NCBI GenBank assembly: GCA_029821145.1
Contig: JALGTY010000004.1
Coordinates: 1-54,166, forward strand
DNA length: 54,166 nt
Origin: Candidatus Zipacnadia bacterium
Lineage (GTDB): Bacteria > Armatimonadota > Zipacnadia > Zipacnadales > UBA11051
Direction: 5' to 3'
The notes beneath the pieces are model-generated. The model made no database searches. It worked only from the letters and a program-made list of their open reading frames with translations, and had not been told where the DNA came from. Positions 45,495-54,166 of the stretch are shown here, one piece after another. The number at the start of each line of letters is the position of its first letter. Within the stretch, counting starts at the first letter, position 1. The position numbers and the translations under genes were made by a program.

Positions 45495-46772
45495 CTAAGG
45501 TTCGCTGTCAGGCGCGGCTTGCGTTGCCACTACGCGAACTTTTTCGATGTGCGTCTCGGTGACCTGCTCGACAAGCAGCTTCAGGCCGTTGACTTCAAAG
45601 CACTCCCCGGCCTCGGGAATTCGGCCGGCCAAATCGAGCAGCCACCCGCCCAGTGAGTCAAACTCTTCCACGGGCAGCGGCCGCCGGATGGAGTTGGACA
45701 ATATGCGCAGGCTTACGCCGGCGTCACAGAGGTATTCGGTCGGGCTCAGCAGCAGTACCTCCGGCTCCTCCTGGTCGTACTCGTCGAGAATTTCGCCGAC
45801 GATTTCCTCAAGCAGGTCCTCCACCGTGACCACGCCGGCAGTGCCGCCATACTCGTCTCTGACGATGGCCATCAACTGCCTGGCGGTCTGAAGCTGCTTG
45901 AGAGCAATATCGGCGGGTAAGCTCTCAAGTATGTGATATGCCGGACGAGCGGCGATTTTGCACGGCTTGTCCATCTCGCTACTGGCCAGGTAAGGCAGTA
46001 GGTCCTTGAGCGAAAGCACGCCCACAATATCGTCCGGCGTCTTGGCGTACACCGGAAGCCGGGAATGTCGCGACTCAATGCCCACATCCAGAGCGTGCTG
46101 CAAGGTGTCGCTTTCTTCGACACAGATCATGTCACGGCGCGGGGTCATGACTTCCGTGACCGTCTGGTCCCCGAACTCCAGGACCCCGCGTAGCATCCGC
46201 CGCTCGGAGGCCTCCAGCTCGCCCTGTTCCTCGCTGGTCTCGATCATCTCCTTCAGATGGTCTTCACTGACGCTTGGCAGCACAGTGGCGGCGTGCACTC
46301 CGAACAGCCGCAGCAGGCCACGCGCGGCACTTGACATGATGAAGACAACCGGGGTCAGGAGAACGGAGAACACGAACACCGGCACGCCGGCGATGCGGAC
46401 CGCGCGTTCCGGGCTGCCGACGGCCCAGTGCATCGGCGTGGCCTCGCAAAACACCAACACGATGCACGTCATCGTCACAAGGGCAATCCAGGGCCCGATG
46501 GCTGCGCCGGCCCAATCGGTGGCCATACCGGTGGCAATGCGCTCGGCCATGTAGTTACAGGTCGTGATGCCGAGTAGCAACACGGAAAGCAGCAGCGCAC
46601 GACGGCCATGCAGATAGGATACGACACGTGCCGTCCACCCCCCGCTTTCACGCCATTGCTCAACCCGGCTGCGTCTGATTGCCAGAAATGCGATCTCCGA
46701 AGCCGTGAAAAAGGCTGAGGCGAAAAGTAACAGTAGTATTGTCAATAGCTGACCGGTAGCGGTCAATGTCAA
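45495..46772 (-). CDS. CNNM/CorB-type transporter, tandem paralogue
   Basis: 425 aa with the same DUF21+CBS+CorC_HlyC layout (VTEVMTPRRDMICV, SRLPVY, HIEKVRVV). The start is TTG at 46772 after GGAGGGGG. Confidence 0.8.
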   Translation of the reverse strand: MTLTATGQLLTILLLLFASAFFTASEIAFLAIRRSRVEQWRESGGWTARVVSYLHGRRALLLSVLLLGITTCNYMAERIATGMATDWAGAAIGPWIALVTMTCIVLVFCEATPMHWAVGSPERAVRIAGVPVFVFSVLLTPVVFIMSSAARGLLRLFGVHAATVLPSVSEDHLKEMIETSEEQGELEASERRMLRGVLEFGDQTVTEVMTPRRDMICVEESDTLQHALDVGIESRHSRLPVYAKTPDDIVGVLSLKDLLPYLASSEMDKPCKIAARPAYHILESLPADIALKQLQTARQLMAIVRDEYGGTAGVVTVEDLLEEIVGEILDEYDQEEPEVLLLSPTEYLCDAGVSLRILSNSIRRPLPVEEFDSLGGWLLDLAGRIPEAGECFEVNGLKLLVEQVTETHIEKVRVVATQAAPDSEP

Positions 46773-46848
46773 TTACGTCGGGCCCCCTCCGCAGGATGCT
46801 GTGCATCCTCGCGAGCCAACAACCAAACCCCGATTATCGGTGCCAACG

Positions 46849-46876
46849 ATTATATCATACACCTTTGCGCAGGCAA
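46849..46876 (-). promoter_or_regulatory. Promoter for the CNNM-CNNM-M48 unit
   Basis: The minus strand reads TTGCCT (46876-46871), a 16-nt spacer, then TGaTATAAT (TATAAT at 46854-46849). The leader of about 70 nt contains the hairpin aggatgc-aca-gcatcct. Confidence 0.5.
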
Positions 46877-46980
46877 AGCCTGCAAATGCCACCCTGCTGC
46901 ACTAGTTCCCTGCCGCCAGCCGGTTCACCTGCCATCACTGCGGCGATCGGCGACAAGCTGTCCAGTCCTAAACGCACGAC

Positions 46981-47001
46981 ACCGCGCCGTGTTGGCGCGG
47001 T
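46981..47001 (-). terminator. Hairpin downstream of rpsI (possible terminator, weak U-tract)
   Basis: accgcgcc-gtgtt-ggcgcggt is a perfect 8-bp stem. On the minus strand it is followed by gtcgtgcgttt. Confidence 0.3.
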
Positions 47002-47081
47002 ATCGCACAATTCGTCAACATGATGGAAGCACATGTTGGTGACATAAGTTCATAGTTACAAGCCCTGACCGTATGGCCGGT

Positions 47082-47477
47082 CTAGCGCTTCGAGAACTGC
47101 TTGCGGCGGCGTGCGCCCCGGCAGAACTGCTTCTTGCGCTCTTTGGCTCGCGGGTCACGCGTTAACAGGCCGAGCGGCCCCAGCTTCGCGCGATTGCTCT
47201 CGTCCATATCCACTAGTGCCTTGGCCACGCCGTGACGAAGCGCGTCGGCCTGTCCGGCAATGCCGCCACCCTTGGTGTATGCTCTGATGCTCACTTTATC
47301 TTCATTCTGAGTGGCAGCTAGAGGTTGCCTGGCCCGATCAATAAGCGCGAAGCGCACAAAGTACTTCTCCATCGGCACATCATTGACAGTGAACTCGCCA
47401 TCACCAGGGCTGAGCCATACACGAGCGATGGAGGTCTTGCGCCGCCCCGTACCATAAGCAGTCTGTGTGTCCAGCAA
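47082..47477 (-). CDS. rpsI: 30S ribosomal protein S9
   Basis: ...YGTGRRKTSIARVWL... with the C-terminus ...RKQFSKR. Confidence 0.95.
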   Translation of the reverse strand: MLDTQTAYGTGRRKTSIARVWLSPGDGEFTVNDVPMEKYFVRFALIDRARQPLAATQNEDKVSIRAYTKGGGIAGQADALRHGVAKALVDMDESNRAKLGPLGLLTRDPRAKERKKQFCRGARRRKQFSKR

Positions 47478-47530
47478 AGTTGGTCCTCCTCAAATTCGTT
47501 GCAGTTTGCTTGGCAAACTTCAGAGAGCGC

Positions 47531-47968
47531 CTACATCTCCAGCGGCTTGGGGTCCTGGGCTTCATGCGGATGCTCAGAATCCGCGTACACTTTCAGCTTG
47601 CGCAGCATCTGGCGGCCCAGCACGTTGTGCGGTAGCATCCCTTTTACTGCCTTGATGATGACTTTTTCGGGCTGCTCGGCCAAGAAGTGGCGGTACTGCT
47701 GCTCCTTCAAGTGACCGGGCCGGGTGCTGGCACGGTAGTAGATCTTCTGCCGCAGCTTGTCGCCGGTCAGCATCACTTCAGAGGCGTCGGTAACGATGAC
47801 GAAATCGCCAGTGTCCACGTGCGGCGTATAGATCGGCTTGTGCTTGCCGCGCAGCACCGACGCCACCTTGGCGGCCAGACGGCCCAGCGCAATGCCCCGG
47901 GCGCTGATTATCCACCAGTCCCTGGTGATGTCTTCTTTTCTTGCGGATTTAGTCTTCATGCCATTCAT
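47531..47968 (-). CDS. rplM: 50S ribosomal protein L13
   Basis: MNGMKTKSARKEDITRDWWIISARG... The ATG at 47968 lies 8 nt after GGAGG, so the track's longer N-terminus is unlikely. Confidence 0.92.
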   Translation of the reverse strand: MNGMKTKSARKEDITRDWWIISARGIALGRLAAKVASVLRGKHKPIYTPHVDTGDFVIVTDASEVMLTGDKLRQKIYYRASTRPGHLKEQQYRHFLAEQPEKVIIKAVKGMLPHNVLGRQMLRKLKVYADSEHPHEAQDPKPLEM

Positions 47969-48007
47969 TACAGAAGCCTCCGATGGGCTTGTAGCCAACA
48001 CCACAGT

Positions 48008-48742
48008 CTAATACTCCACTTTCACCAGGCACAGGCCGTGCGGTGGGGCAGGAGGTGGTGCTTCTGCACGGTCGCGGCTCTCAAGAATCGCTGCCACATC
48101 CGCTACCACAAGCCTGCCCTTGCCTACCTCTACCAGGGCGCCCATGATGTTTCTGACCATCATGTACAAGAACCCGTCACCGCCGATGCGAGTCTCAATC
48201 AGCTCGCCTTCTGTTTCGATGTCCAGGCGGAAGATCTCGCGGACCGTGGTCTGTGCTGAGCCACCGGCAGCGGCGAAGGCGGAAAAATCGTGCTTACCCA
48301 GTAGCGTCTCAGCCGCCTGTCGCATTGCCTCGACGTCTATTGGTTGCCCCACATGCCATGCATACCGGTTGATAAACGGCGAGCGCAACGGCCGGTTGAG
48401 AATTCGGTAAGAATACAGCTTCCCCGTCGCGCTGTAGCACGGGTGAAAGTCTGCAGGCACCCCGGTACATATCACCACCGCTACGGCCGGCGGCAGGATG
48501 TCGTTCAGCGCCTTCAGGAGGGCTGCTTCGGGGATGGGGTTGTCGGTCTGAAACGCGATTACCTGGCCCATCGCGTGCACCCCTGCGTCGGTGCGACCGG
48601 CGCCGATGACCCTAACCTGGTGTTGTAAAAGTTCACTTAGCGCTGTTTCCAACTCGGCCTGAACTGTCCACACTTGCGGCTGTATCTGAAACCCGGCATA
48701 CTCGGTGCCGTCGTACTGAACCGTGAGCGCAAGGTGGCGCAT
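48008..48742 (-). CDS. truA: tRNA pseudouridine(38-40) synthase
   Basis: MRHLALTVQYDGTEYAGFQIQP and GAGRTDAGVHA, which carries the catalytic Asp motif. Confidence 0.93.
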   Translation of the reverse strand: MRHLALTVQYDGTEYAGFQIQPQVWTVQAELETALSELLQHQVRVIGAGRTDAGVHAMGQVIAFQTDNPIPEAALLKALNDILPPAVAVVICTGVPADFHPCYSATGKLYSYRILNRPLRSPFINRYAWHVGQPIDVEAMRQAAETLLGKHDFSAFAAAGGSAQTTVREIFRLDIETEGELIETRIGGDGFLYMMVRNIMGALVEVGKGRLVVADVAAILESRDRAEAPPPAPPHGLCLVKVEY

Positions 48743-48760
48743 TTTGTAGGCTCCGGACCG

Positions 48761-49114
48761 CTACTCAGTCAATTCGAGGATAGCCATCTGGGTGCCATCG
48801 CCGCGCTGTTTGCCGGCGCGGGTGACACGGGTGTAGCCACCTTCGCGGTCAGTGAAACGGCTGGCGATCTCGTCGAAAAGATGCGCAACCAGATCAGCAT
48901 CCCTGATCTGGGCCAGGACCTGCCGGCGTGCGGCCAGGTCTCCACGCTTGGCCAGAGTAATCATCCTGTCGGCCAGCCGGCTGGCTTCCTTCGCCTTGGC
49001 CAGCGTTGTCTTTATCTGGTCGTGCTTGAACAGTGCGGCCACTTCCGCGCGCAACAATGCCAGCCGCTGCTGTGTTGATCTGTTGAGTTTGCGATGGTCT
49101 TTGCGGTGTTTCAT
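48761..49114 (-). CDS. rplQ: 50S ribosomal protein L17
   Basis: MKHRKDHRKLNRSTQQRLALLR... is a typical L17 N-terminus. Confidence 0.95.
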   Translation of the reverse strand: MKHRKDHRKLNRSTQQRLALLRAEVAALFKHDQIKTTLAKAKEASRLADRMITLAKRGDLAARRQVLAQIRDADLVAHLFDEIASRFTDREGGYTRVTRAGKQRGDGTQMAILELTE

Positions 49115-49125
49115 TACAGCTGCCT

Positions 49126-50091
49126 CTATTCATCTTCCTCAGCCGCGTCGGCCAGATGCATGTCGTAGTTTTCGAGCCGCTGTATGACTTCTTCAAGCGA
49201 CCGTTTGCCGAAGTTGCGGATGGCCAGGAGTTCCTCCTCGGTTCTCTGCACCACTTCGCCGAGGGTGTTGACGTTTTCTTTCTTCAGACAATTGAAGGTG
49301 CGGACCGAGAAGTCCACGTCTTCGATGGGAATATCATGATGCTTTTCGGTGACCATTTCTTCCTCGACGGCTTCCGCTTCGCCTTCGGGCAGCTCTTCGG
49401 TCACATCCATGAATATCTGCACATAGGACCACAACTCGCGGGCAGCCATGCGCAGAGTCTCCTCGGGGCTAACCGAGCCATCGCCCCACAGTTCCAGGAT
49501 CAGGCGATCGAGGTCGGTGCGGCTGCCCAGACGAGTGGGCTCGACACGGAAGCTGGCCCGATGGATCGGCGAAAACACTGAATCTATGGGGAGCACGTCA
49601 ACACCGCGTTTGCCGCGAGGGCGCTCGTCGAACTGCACGTAGCCGACACCCCGCTCGACCCACATGTCAACTTCCAATTCAGCGTCGTCATCGGCGATCT
49701 CTACAATGTGCAACTCCGGGTTGACGACTTCAACGCCGGGCGGCGTCTGGATGTCTGCAGCCAGCACTTCTCCCTGGCCCTTGGCCCGGATCTGCAGCAC
49801 AAGCTCATCGTCTTCAGCGGCCTCTGTGGTGATGCGGACCGCGATTTCCTTGATATTGAGCATGATTTCGGTCGTGTCTTCCACGATGCCCGAAATGGTA
49901 CTGAATTCGTGCAGCACGCCGTTGATGCGCACATCTGTCACCGCGGCCCCCGGGATGTGGGCCAACAGGATGCGGCGGAAGGCACTCCCGAGGGTATTGC
50001 CATACCCCCGCTCCAGTGGCTCAATGGCGAACTTGCCGTACTTATCATCTAGATGTAGCACGCGTACAATAGGGCTAATTCCTTCTTGCAT
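49126..50091 (-). CDS. rpoA: DNA-directed RNA polymerase alpha subunit
   Basis: ...KFAIEPLERGYGNTLGSAFRRILL... and a C-terminal domain (VRTFNCLKKENVNTLGEVV). The ATG at 50091 follows GGGAG and is preferred; the ATG at 50121 is possible. Confidence 0.93.
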   Translation of the reverse strand: MQEGISPIVRVLHLDDKYGKFAIEPLERGYGNTLGSAFRRILLAHIPGAAVTDVRINGVLHEFSTISGIVEDTTEIMLNIKEIAVRITTEAAEDDELVLQIRAKGQGEVLAADIQTPPGVEVVNPELHIVEIADDDAELEVDMWVERGVGYVQFDERPRGKRGVDVLPIDSVFSPIHRASFRVEPTRLGSRTDLDRLILELWGDGSVSPEETLRMAARELWSYVQIFMDVTEELPEGEAEAVEEEMVTEKHHDIPIEDVDFSVRTFNCLKKENVNTLGEVVQRTEEELLAIRNFGKRSLEEVIQRLENYDMHLADAAEEDE

Positions 50092-50162
50092 TAGCACACT
50101 CCCTTGCCTGGCTACTTGCATTCCGAGCTTGAATGTAGCCCCTCTACTGCCGACACGGGACG

Positions 50163-50795
50163 CTATCGGGAGTAGAACTCGATAACCTGCTGTTCGTCAG
50201 CGCCGGTTTCAATCTTGTCGGGCTCCGGTAGCCCTACTACGGTAACGGCTGCATTCTCCAGGTCCACTTGTAGCCATTCCGGCGGCACAACCGCGCCGGC
50301 GTTGGCTATGGCCTGTGCAATGGGCACGATCTCGCGGCTCTTTTCCCTTACTTTGATAACGTCGCCGGGCCGCACCGAGAATGACGGGATGTTGACAATG
50401 CGATCGTTGACGGTTACGTGGCGGTGGCCAACGACCTGACGCGCCTGCGCCCTGCTGACAGCCAGGCCGGCCCGATAGACGACATTGTCAAGCCGGCACT
50501 CGAGGGCCTGGACCAGCAATTCGCTGGTAACACCATCTCTGCGCTCAGCCTGCCGCACATAGCGGCGGAACTGCTTCTCCAGCAGGCCATAGACGGTTTT
50601 CATCTTCTGCTTTTCACGCAATTGCAGGGCATAGTCGCTGGGACGGCGCCTGCGCCGGTCGTCACCAAACATGCCGGGGGCATAGCCCTTCTTCTCAAAA
50701 GTACACTTCGGTGACTGACACTTCTGCCCTTTGAGGAATAGTTTCTTGCCCTCTCTGCGACACAGCCGACACGCGGCCGCTCGATATCTAGCCAT
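50163..50795 (-). CDS. rpsD: 30S ribosomal protein S4
   Basis: MARYRAAACRLCRREGKKLFLKGQKC... Confidence 0.95.
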   Translation of the reverse strand: MARYRAAACRLCRREGKKLFLKGQKCQSPKCTFEKKGYAPGMFGDDRRRRRPSDYALQLREKQKMKTVYGLLEKQFRRYVRQAERRDGVTSELLVQALECRLDNVVYRAGLAVSRAQARQVVGHRHVTVNDRIVNIPSFSVRPGDVIKVREKSREIVPIAQAIANAGAVVPPEWLQVDLENAAVTVVGLPEPDKIETGADEQQVIEFYSR

Positions 50796-50842
50796 TTAAG
50801 GTGGCCCTCCTCCAATAACTCCGATACAGCGATAGTTCCGGT

Positions 50843-51238
50843 TCACACCCGACGCCGCTTAGGTGGCCGGCAGCCGTTGTGCGGAATCGGTGTCACGTCT
50901 TTGATTGTGCCAATGGTCAGGCCGGCAGCCTCCAGCGCACGAATGGCGGTTTCACGACCGGAGCCCGGGCCCTTGACCAAGCAGTCAACCCGCTGAACGC
51001 CGAACTCCTGCGCTTTGCGGACAACGCTTTCAGCGGCCAACTGGGCGGCAAAGGGCGTGTTCTTCTTGGTGCCCTGGAAGCCGATGGTTCCGGCGCTTCC
51101 CCAGCACAGCACATTGCCCTGTTGGTCGGCAATAGATATCATCGTGTTGTTGAATGTTGACTTGATATAGGCTCGGGCGTACGGCACCTGTCTCTTCGTC
51201 TTCCTTCCGCCTTCACTCTGCGGGTCTTCTGTTGCCAT
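50843..51238 (-). CDS. rpsK: 30S ribosomal protein S11
   Basis: ...[20 protein letters not shown]...[13 protein letters not shown]...[13 protein letters not shown]. Confidence 0.95.
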   Translation of the reverse strand: MATEDPQSEGGRKTKRQVPYARAYIKSTFNNTMISIADQQGNVLCWGSAGTIGFQGTKKNTPFAAQLAAESVVRKAQEFGVQRVDCLVKGPGSGRETAIRALEAAGLTIGTIKDVTPIPHNGCRPPKRRRV

Positions 51239-51287
51239 TAGCCTACCTCCAAGTATCGCAACGGCTTACCGATTACCGGTCTGACGC

Positions 51288-51671
51288 CTATTTCTTGACT
51301 ACTGTGCGCTTGTGGATGGAGACGGTCTTGCGCCTGCCTTTGCGCGTGCGGGCATTGGTGCGGGTGCGTTGGCCTCTCACTGGCAGTCCGCGACGATGTC
51401 GCTGGCCGCGATAAGTGCCGATCTCGATCAGCCGCTGAATATTGCTCTGTACCTCGCGGCGCTTGTCACCCTCGATGGTGTAGTCGCGCTCTATAATCTC
51501 ACGGAGCTTGGCTGCCTCCTCCTCCGTGATATCACGCATGCGCGTATCTTCCGAGACCCCTGCGTCTTGGCAGATCTTCTTCGCGGTTGACCGGCCGATG
51601 CCATATATGTAGGTCAAAGCGATTTCCAGCCGCTTGTTGCGGGGCAGATCTACACCTGCAATTCTGGGCAC
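51288..51671 (-). CDS. rpsM: 30S ribosomal protein S13
   Basis: [26 protein letters not shown]... The start is GTG after GGAGGAG. Confidence 0.95.
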   Translation of the reverse strand: MPRIAGVDLPRNKRLEIALTYIYGIGRSTAKKICQDAGVSEDTRMRDITEEEAAKLREIIERDYTIEGDKRREVQSNIQRLIEIGTYRGQRHRRGLPVRGQRTRTNARTRKGRRKTVSIHKRTVVKK

Positions 51672-51685
51672 GGCAACTCCTCCTA

Positions 51686-51872
51686 TTATGTCGGGCTGGA
51701 AGCCCGACCTACGCGAAGGCTGTAATATGTCGGGCTCAAAGCTCGACCTACGTGACGATTGTCAGGTACCGGCCTGCAGTTCGACCACTCAACAGGTCCA
51801 TAGTGCTAAGCGACACCAAAGCACGGGCTCACTGTCCTGAGCGAAGTCGAAGGGCAAACCCGACCTATCCGA
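51686..51872. repeat. Cluster of three REP-like elements in the rpmJ-rpsM spacer
   Basis: tatgtcgggctggaagcccgacctacg has its core at 51690-51708. tatgtcgggctcaaagctcgacctacg has its core at 51729-51747, with stem changes that keep pairing. A composite copy runs gcacgggctc...ctgagcgaagtcgaaggg...caaacccgacctatccg (51821-51871). Confidence 0.8.
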
Positions 51873-51939
51873 TAAATGATTATTGGCATTGCAGAACTGA
51901 GCCGCCGATCGGCCTGGCCGAAAGGTGCCTGGCATCAGC

Positions 51940-52053
51940 TCAGCCCTGTCGCTGCTTGTGCCTTGGGTTCTCACAGATTACGCGCACAACGCCTTTGCGC
52001 CGCACGATCTTGCACTTGTCACAACGCTTTTTCACCGAAGCCTGTACTTTCAC
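51940..52053 (-). CDS. rpmJ: 50S ribosomal protein L36 (not in ORF track)
   Basis: The minus-strand translation from the GTG at 52053 gives [37 protein letters not shown] followed by a stop. AGGATGG lies upstream. Confidence 0.9.
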   Translation of the reverse strand: MKVQASVKKRCDKCKIVRRKGVVRVICENPRHKQRQG

Positions 52054-52126
52054 GATAACCATCCTATCCTCACCACGCCAGGTCATGCGGCGAGGCTTAA
52101 GTCAAATTGTTCCCTTCGCTCCCGGG

Positions 52127-52351
52127 CTATTTGTGCAGCCAGGTGATCCGTCCCCGGGTCAGGTCATAAGGCGAAAGCTCCACCGTCACCTTGTCACCGG
52201 CCATGACGCGGATAAAGCGCATTCGGATCTTACCGGAAACGTGTGCCAGCACTTCGTGCCCATTCTCCAACTCCACCCGGAACTTGGCGTCGGGCAACTT
52301 TTCCTTCACCGTACCCAGAGCGCGGATCGATTTGCTATCTTTGTTTGCCAT
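52127..52351 (-). CDS. infA: Translation initiation factor IF-1
   Basis: [49 protein letters not shown]... (74 aa). Confidence 0.95.
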   Translation of the reverse strand: MANKDSKSIRALGTVKEKLPDAKFRVELENGHEVLAHVSGKIRMRFIRVMAGDKVTVELSPYDLTRGRITWLHK

Positions 52352-52368
52352 CTGTCCGTTACGTCACC

Positions 52369-53160
52369 TCAAGTACGCGGCGTAAGTATCCGCGGTTCAT
52401 CCTTGGTCACCGCTATTGTGTGCTCAAAGTGGGCACTGAGACTGCCGTCGGCAGTCCGTGTCGTCCAGCGGTCTTCGTCCACTGCTATTTCGGGTCCACC
52501 TATGTTGATCATTGGCTCGATAGCCAAGGTCATTCCCGGACGCAGGCGCAGCTCATATTCCGGGAATTCACCGGGCTCATAATAGTTGGGCACCTGTGGC
52601 GGCTCATGCATTTGCCGCCCGATGCCGTGGCCCAGCAATTGCCGCACAACACTGTAGCCGTTGGCCGTCGCGTGCTCCTGTACTGCTATTGAAATCTCCT
52701 TCAGCTTGTTCCCGGCAACGGCCTGAGCAATGCCAAGGTACAGAGCCTCTTCGGTGACCTGTAACAGCTTGCGGGCCTGTTCAGAGACCTCGCCGATGGC
52801 CTTCGTGGCCGCATTGTCCCCGTGAAATCCGCCCTCAAAGTAGGCTCCGACATCAATTCCGACGATGTCGCCCTCCTTTATCCGCAACTTGTCGCTGGGG
52901 ATGCCGTGGACGACCACATCGTTGATCGAGATGCACGTGCTCGCCGGGTAGCCACGGAAGCCCTTAAAGCTAGGAAATGCGCCTGCTTCCCGGATTACCT
53001 GCTCCGCCGCCTGATCAACTTTCAAGGTACTCATGCCAGGAACCAGCATCGCCAATGCTGTTTGCAGAGCCTTCGCACTTATTGCTCCGGCCTGTGCCAT
53101 GGCGTCGAGCTCGCCTGGGCTCTTACGTGTTACCGCGCCGCGTTTGCTTCGTCCATACAT
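52369..53160 (-). CDS. map: Methionine aminopeptidase, type I
   Basis: GDIVGIDVG, HGIGRQMHE and ...LAIEPMI...FEHTIAVT carry the metal-ligand pattern. Confidence 0.92.
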   Translation of the reverse strand: MYGRSKRGAVTRKSPGELDAMAQAGAISAKALQTALAMLVPGMSTLKVDQAAEQVIREAGAFPSFKGFRGYPASTCISINDVVVHGIPSDKLRIKEGDIVGIDVGAYFEGGFHGDNAATKAIGEVSEQARKLLQVTEEALYLGIAQAVAGNKLKEISIAVQEHATANGYSVVRQLLGHGIGRQMHEPPQVPNYYEPGEFPEYELRLRPGMTLAIEPMINIGGPEIAVDEDRWTTRTADGSLSAHFEHTIAVTKDEPRILTPRT

Positions 53161-53194
53161 CCTGTCAACTGTCCCAAACCCTTGCTTGAGCCCA

Positions 53195-53851
53195 TCAGGT
53201 GAGGCTTGCAGTCACTCGCTCGTAAACCTCATCCGCCTCAGCACTGCCGTCTATGTCAATCAGCAGACCCCGCTGGGTGTAATAGCCGATCAGCGGCGCA
53301 GTCTGCTCGTAGTAGGTGCGCAGCCGCTCGGCGATAGTCTCGGGCTTATCATCGCTACGTTGATAGAGCTTGCCGCCCTCGCATTCCGAGCAGTCATCGC
53401 CCACGTCAACTCCGTCGCGGTCAACATTGAATATCGCATCACAGGTATCGCACATGCGCCTGCCCGAAAGCCGGCGGATCAGGACCTCGTCAGATGCCGA
53501 GAGATTGATTACGAGCAGACCGGTCAACTGTAGCTGCGCCACGACCTCGGCGAGCGCTTCGGCTTGCGCGATGGTGCGCGGAAAACCGTCCAGCAGTACA
53601 CCTCGCTGCTTGATGTCATCCTCGGCAAGCCGGTCGCGGATGATGCCGATTACCAGTTCGTCGGGCACCAATTCGCCGGCGTCCATGTACGCTTTGGCCT
53701 TATTGCCCAGTTCGGTACCGGCCGCCGCCGCCTCCCGCAGGATGTTGCCAGTGGACAGGTGCACCAGCCCGTAGTCTTCAACCAATCTTTCGGCGTGCGT
53801 GCCCTTCCCTACTCCCGGAGGGCCCAGCAATATTACGTTGCGCTCGGCCAC
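53195..53851 (-). CDS. adk: Adenylate kinase with Cys4 zinc lid
   Basis: The P-loop is LLGPPGVGKGT and the lid is CDTCD...CSECEG. The GTG at 53851 lies 9 nt after AAGGAG and is preferred over the track TTG at 53857. Confidence 0.92.
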   Translation of the reverse strand: MAERNVILLGPPGVGKGTHAERLVEDYGLVHLSTGNILREAAAAGTELGNKAKAYMDAGELVPDELVIGIIRDRLAEDDIKQRGVLLDGFPRTIAQAEALAEVVAQLQLTGLLVINLSASDEVLIRRLSGRRMCDTCDAIFNVDRDGVDVGDDCSECEGGKLYQRSDDKPETIAERLRTYYEQTAPLIGYYTQRGLLIDIDGSAEADEVYERVTASLT

Positions 53852-53853
53852 GG

Positions 53854-54166
53854 TCAAGGTCTCCTTCTCATGACAAGAAGCCTGTGTAGTGGCGCATCAA
53901 CAGGTGCGCTTCCACCTACAATAATGAGAAGCGAGGTGCCACCGACCAGAGAAAAGGTAGACACCCCGGTGATGGGGCCTATGTAGTATTGCATCAGCGC
54001 CACAATGCCCAGGAACAAGGCGCCGGCCAGCGTAATGCGGTAGAGTATTTTATCCAGATAGTCCCGCGTCTTTTCTCCCGGCCGGATGCCTCTGATCGCA
54101 CCACCGTTCTTCTGCAGGTTCTCGGCGATCTGTTCCGGATTAAAGGTAACGGCCGTGTAGAAGTAG
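53854..54166 (-). CDS. secY: Preprotein translocase SecY, 3' fragment (runs off the window) with an apparent frameshift/deletion near its end
   Basis: The minus frame reads YFYTAVTFNPEQIAENLQKNGGAIRGIRPGEKT...VGGTSLLIIVG. It then continues as the non-canonical GSAPVDAPLHRLLVMRRRP before a stop at 53854. The canonical SecY end EAHLLMRHYTGFLS lies in the +1 frame, with its stop at 53868. Confidence 0.8.
   Translation of the reverse strand, partial: YFYTAVTFNPEQIAENLQKNGGAIRGIRPGEKTRDYLDKILYRITLAGALFLGIVALMQYYIGPITGVSTFSLVGGTSLLIIVGGSAPVDAPLHRLLVMRRRP

Noticed and set aside
51587-52582. 331-aa plus-strand ORF spanning the rpmJ/infA region
   Set aside because: It lies antisense to infA and rpmJ and covers REP elements. 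Its composition is implausible, and the conserved operon genes explain the region.

Overview
High-GC (~60% by eye) bacterial chromosomal window, mostly housekeeping genes on the minus strand. It probably comes from a diderm lineage, since it encodes an outer-membrane beta-barrel and FlgD-Ig-type C-terminal domains, but taxonomy is inference only. Left part: a flavoprotein gene broken by a 28-bp tandem duplication and a YdjH/YdjI-like SPFH membrane module. Next comes a sigma70-type promoter plus a T-box riboswitch leader in front of DUF1028-ilvD-ilvB-ilvN-(pentapeptide protein)-(membrane protein)-ilvC, followed by uvrC and uvrB. Centre (15.0-33.1 kb): an ~18-kb co-directional island of seven secreted or envelope proteins. 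These are a 1730-aa TolB-propeller giant, two paralogous CsgG/LpoB-like+TM+FN3 proteins, a clostripain-like C11 peptidase, an S8 subtilase, a 947-aa unknown and an LptD-like beta-barrel. Three of them share a ~430-470-aa C-terminal cassette ending in a FlgD-Ig-like domain. This island is my best candidate for an undescribed system. Right part: coaE, rpsA with a repetitive acidic/lysine tail, polA, sppA, tRNA-Leu(CAA), accA/accD, pheA, an M48 peptidase and two CNNM/CorC-type transporters. It ends with the block rpsI-rplM-truA-rplQ-rpoA-rpsD-rpsK-rpsM-rpmJ-infA-map-adk-secY(3' end); rpmJ is missing from the ORF track. Intergenic spacers carry a nested REP-like hairpin family. There are two indel anomalies: the 28-bp duplication and an apparent ~26-nt deletion/frameshift in the secY 3' end. 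No CRISPR, transposase, integrase or rRNA was seen. All family calls come from motif recognition by eye; no searches were run.
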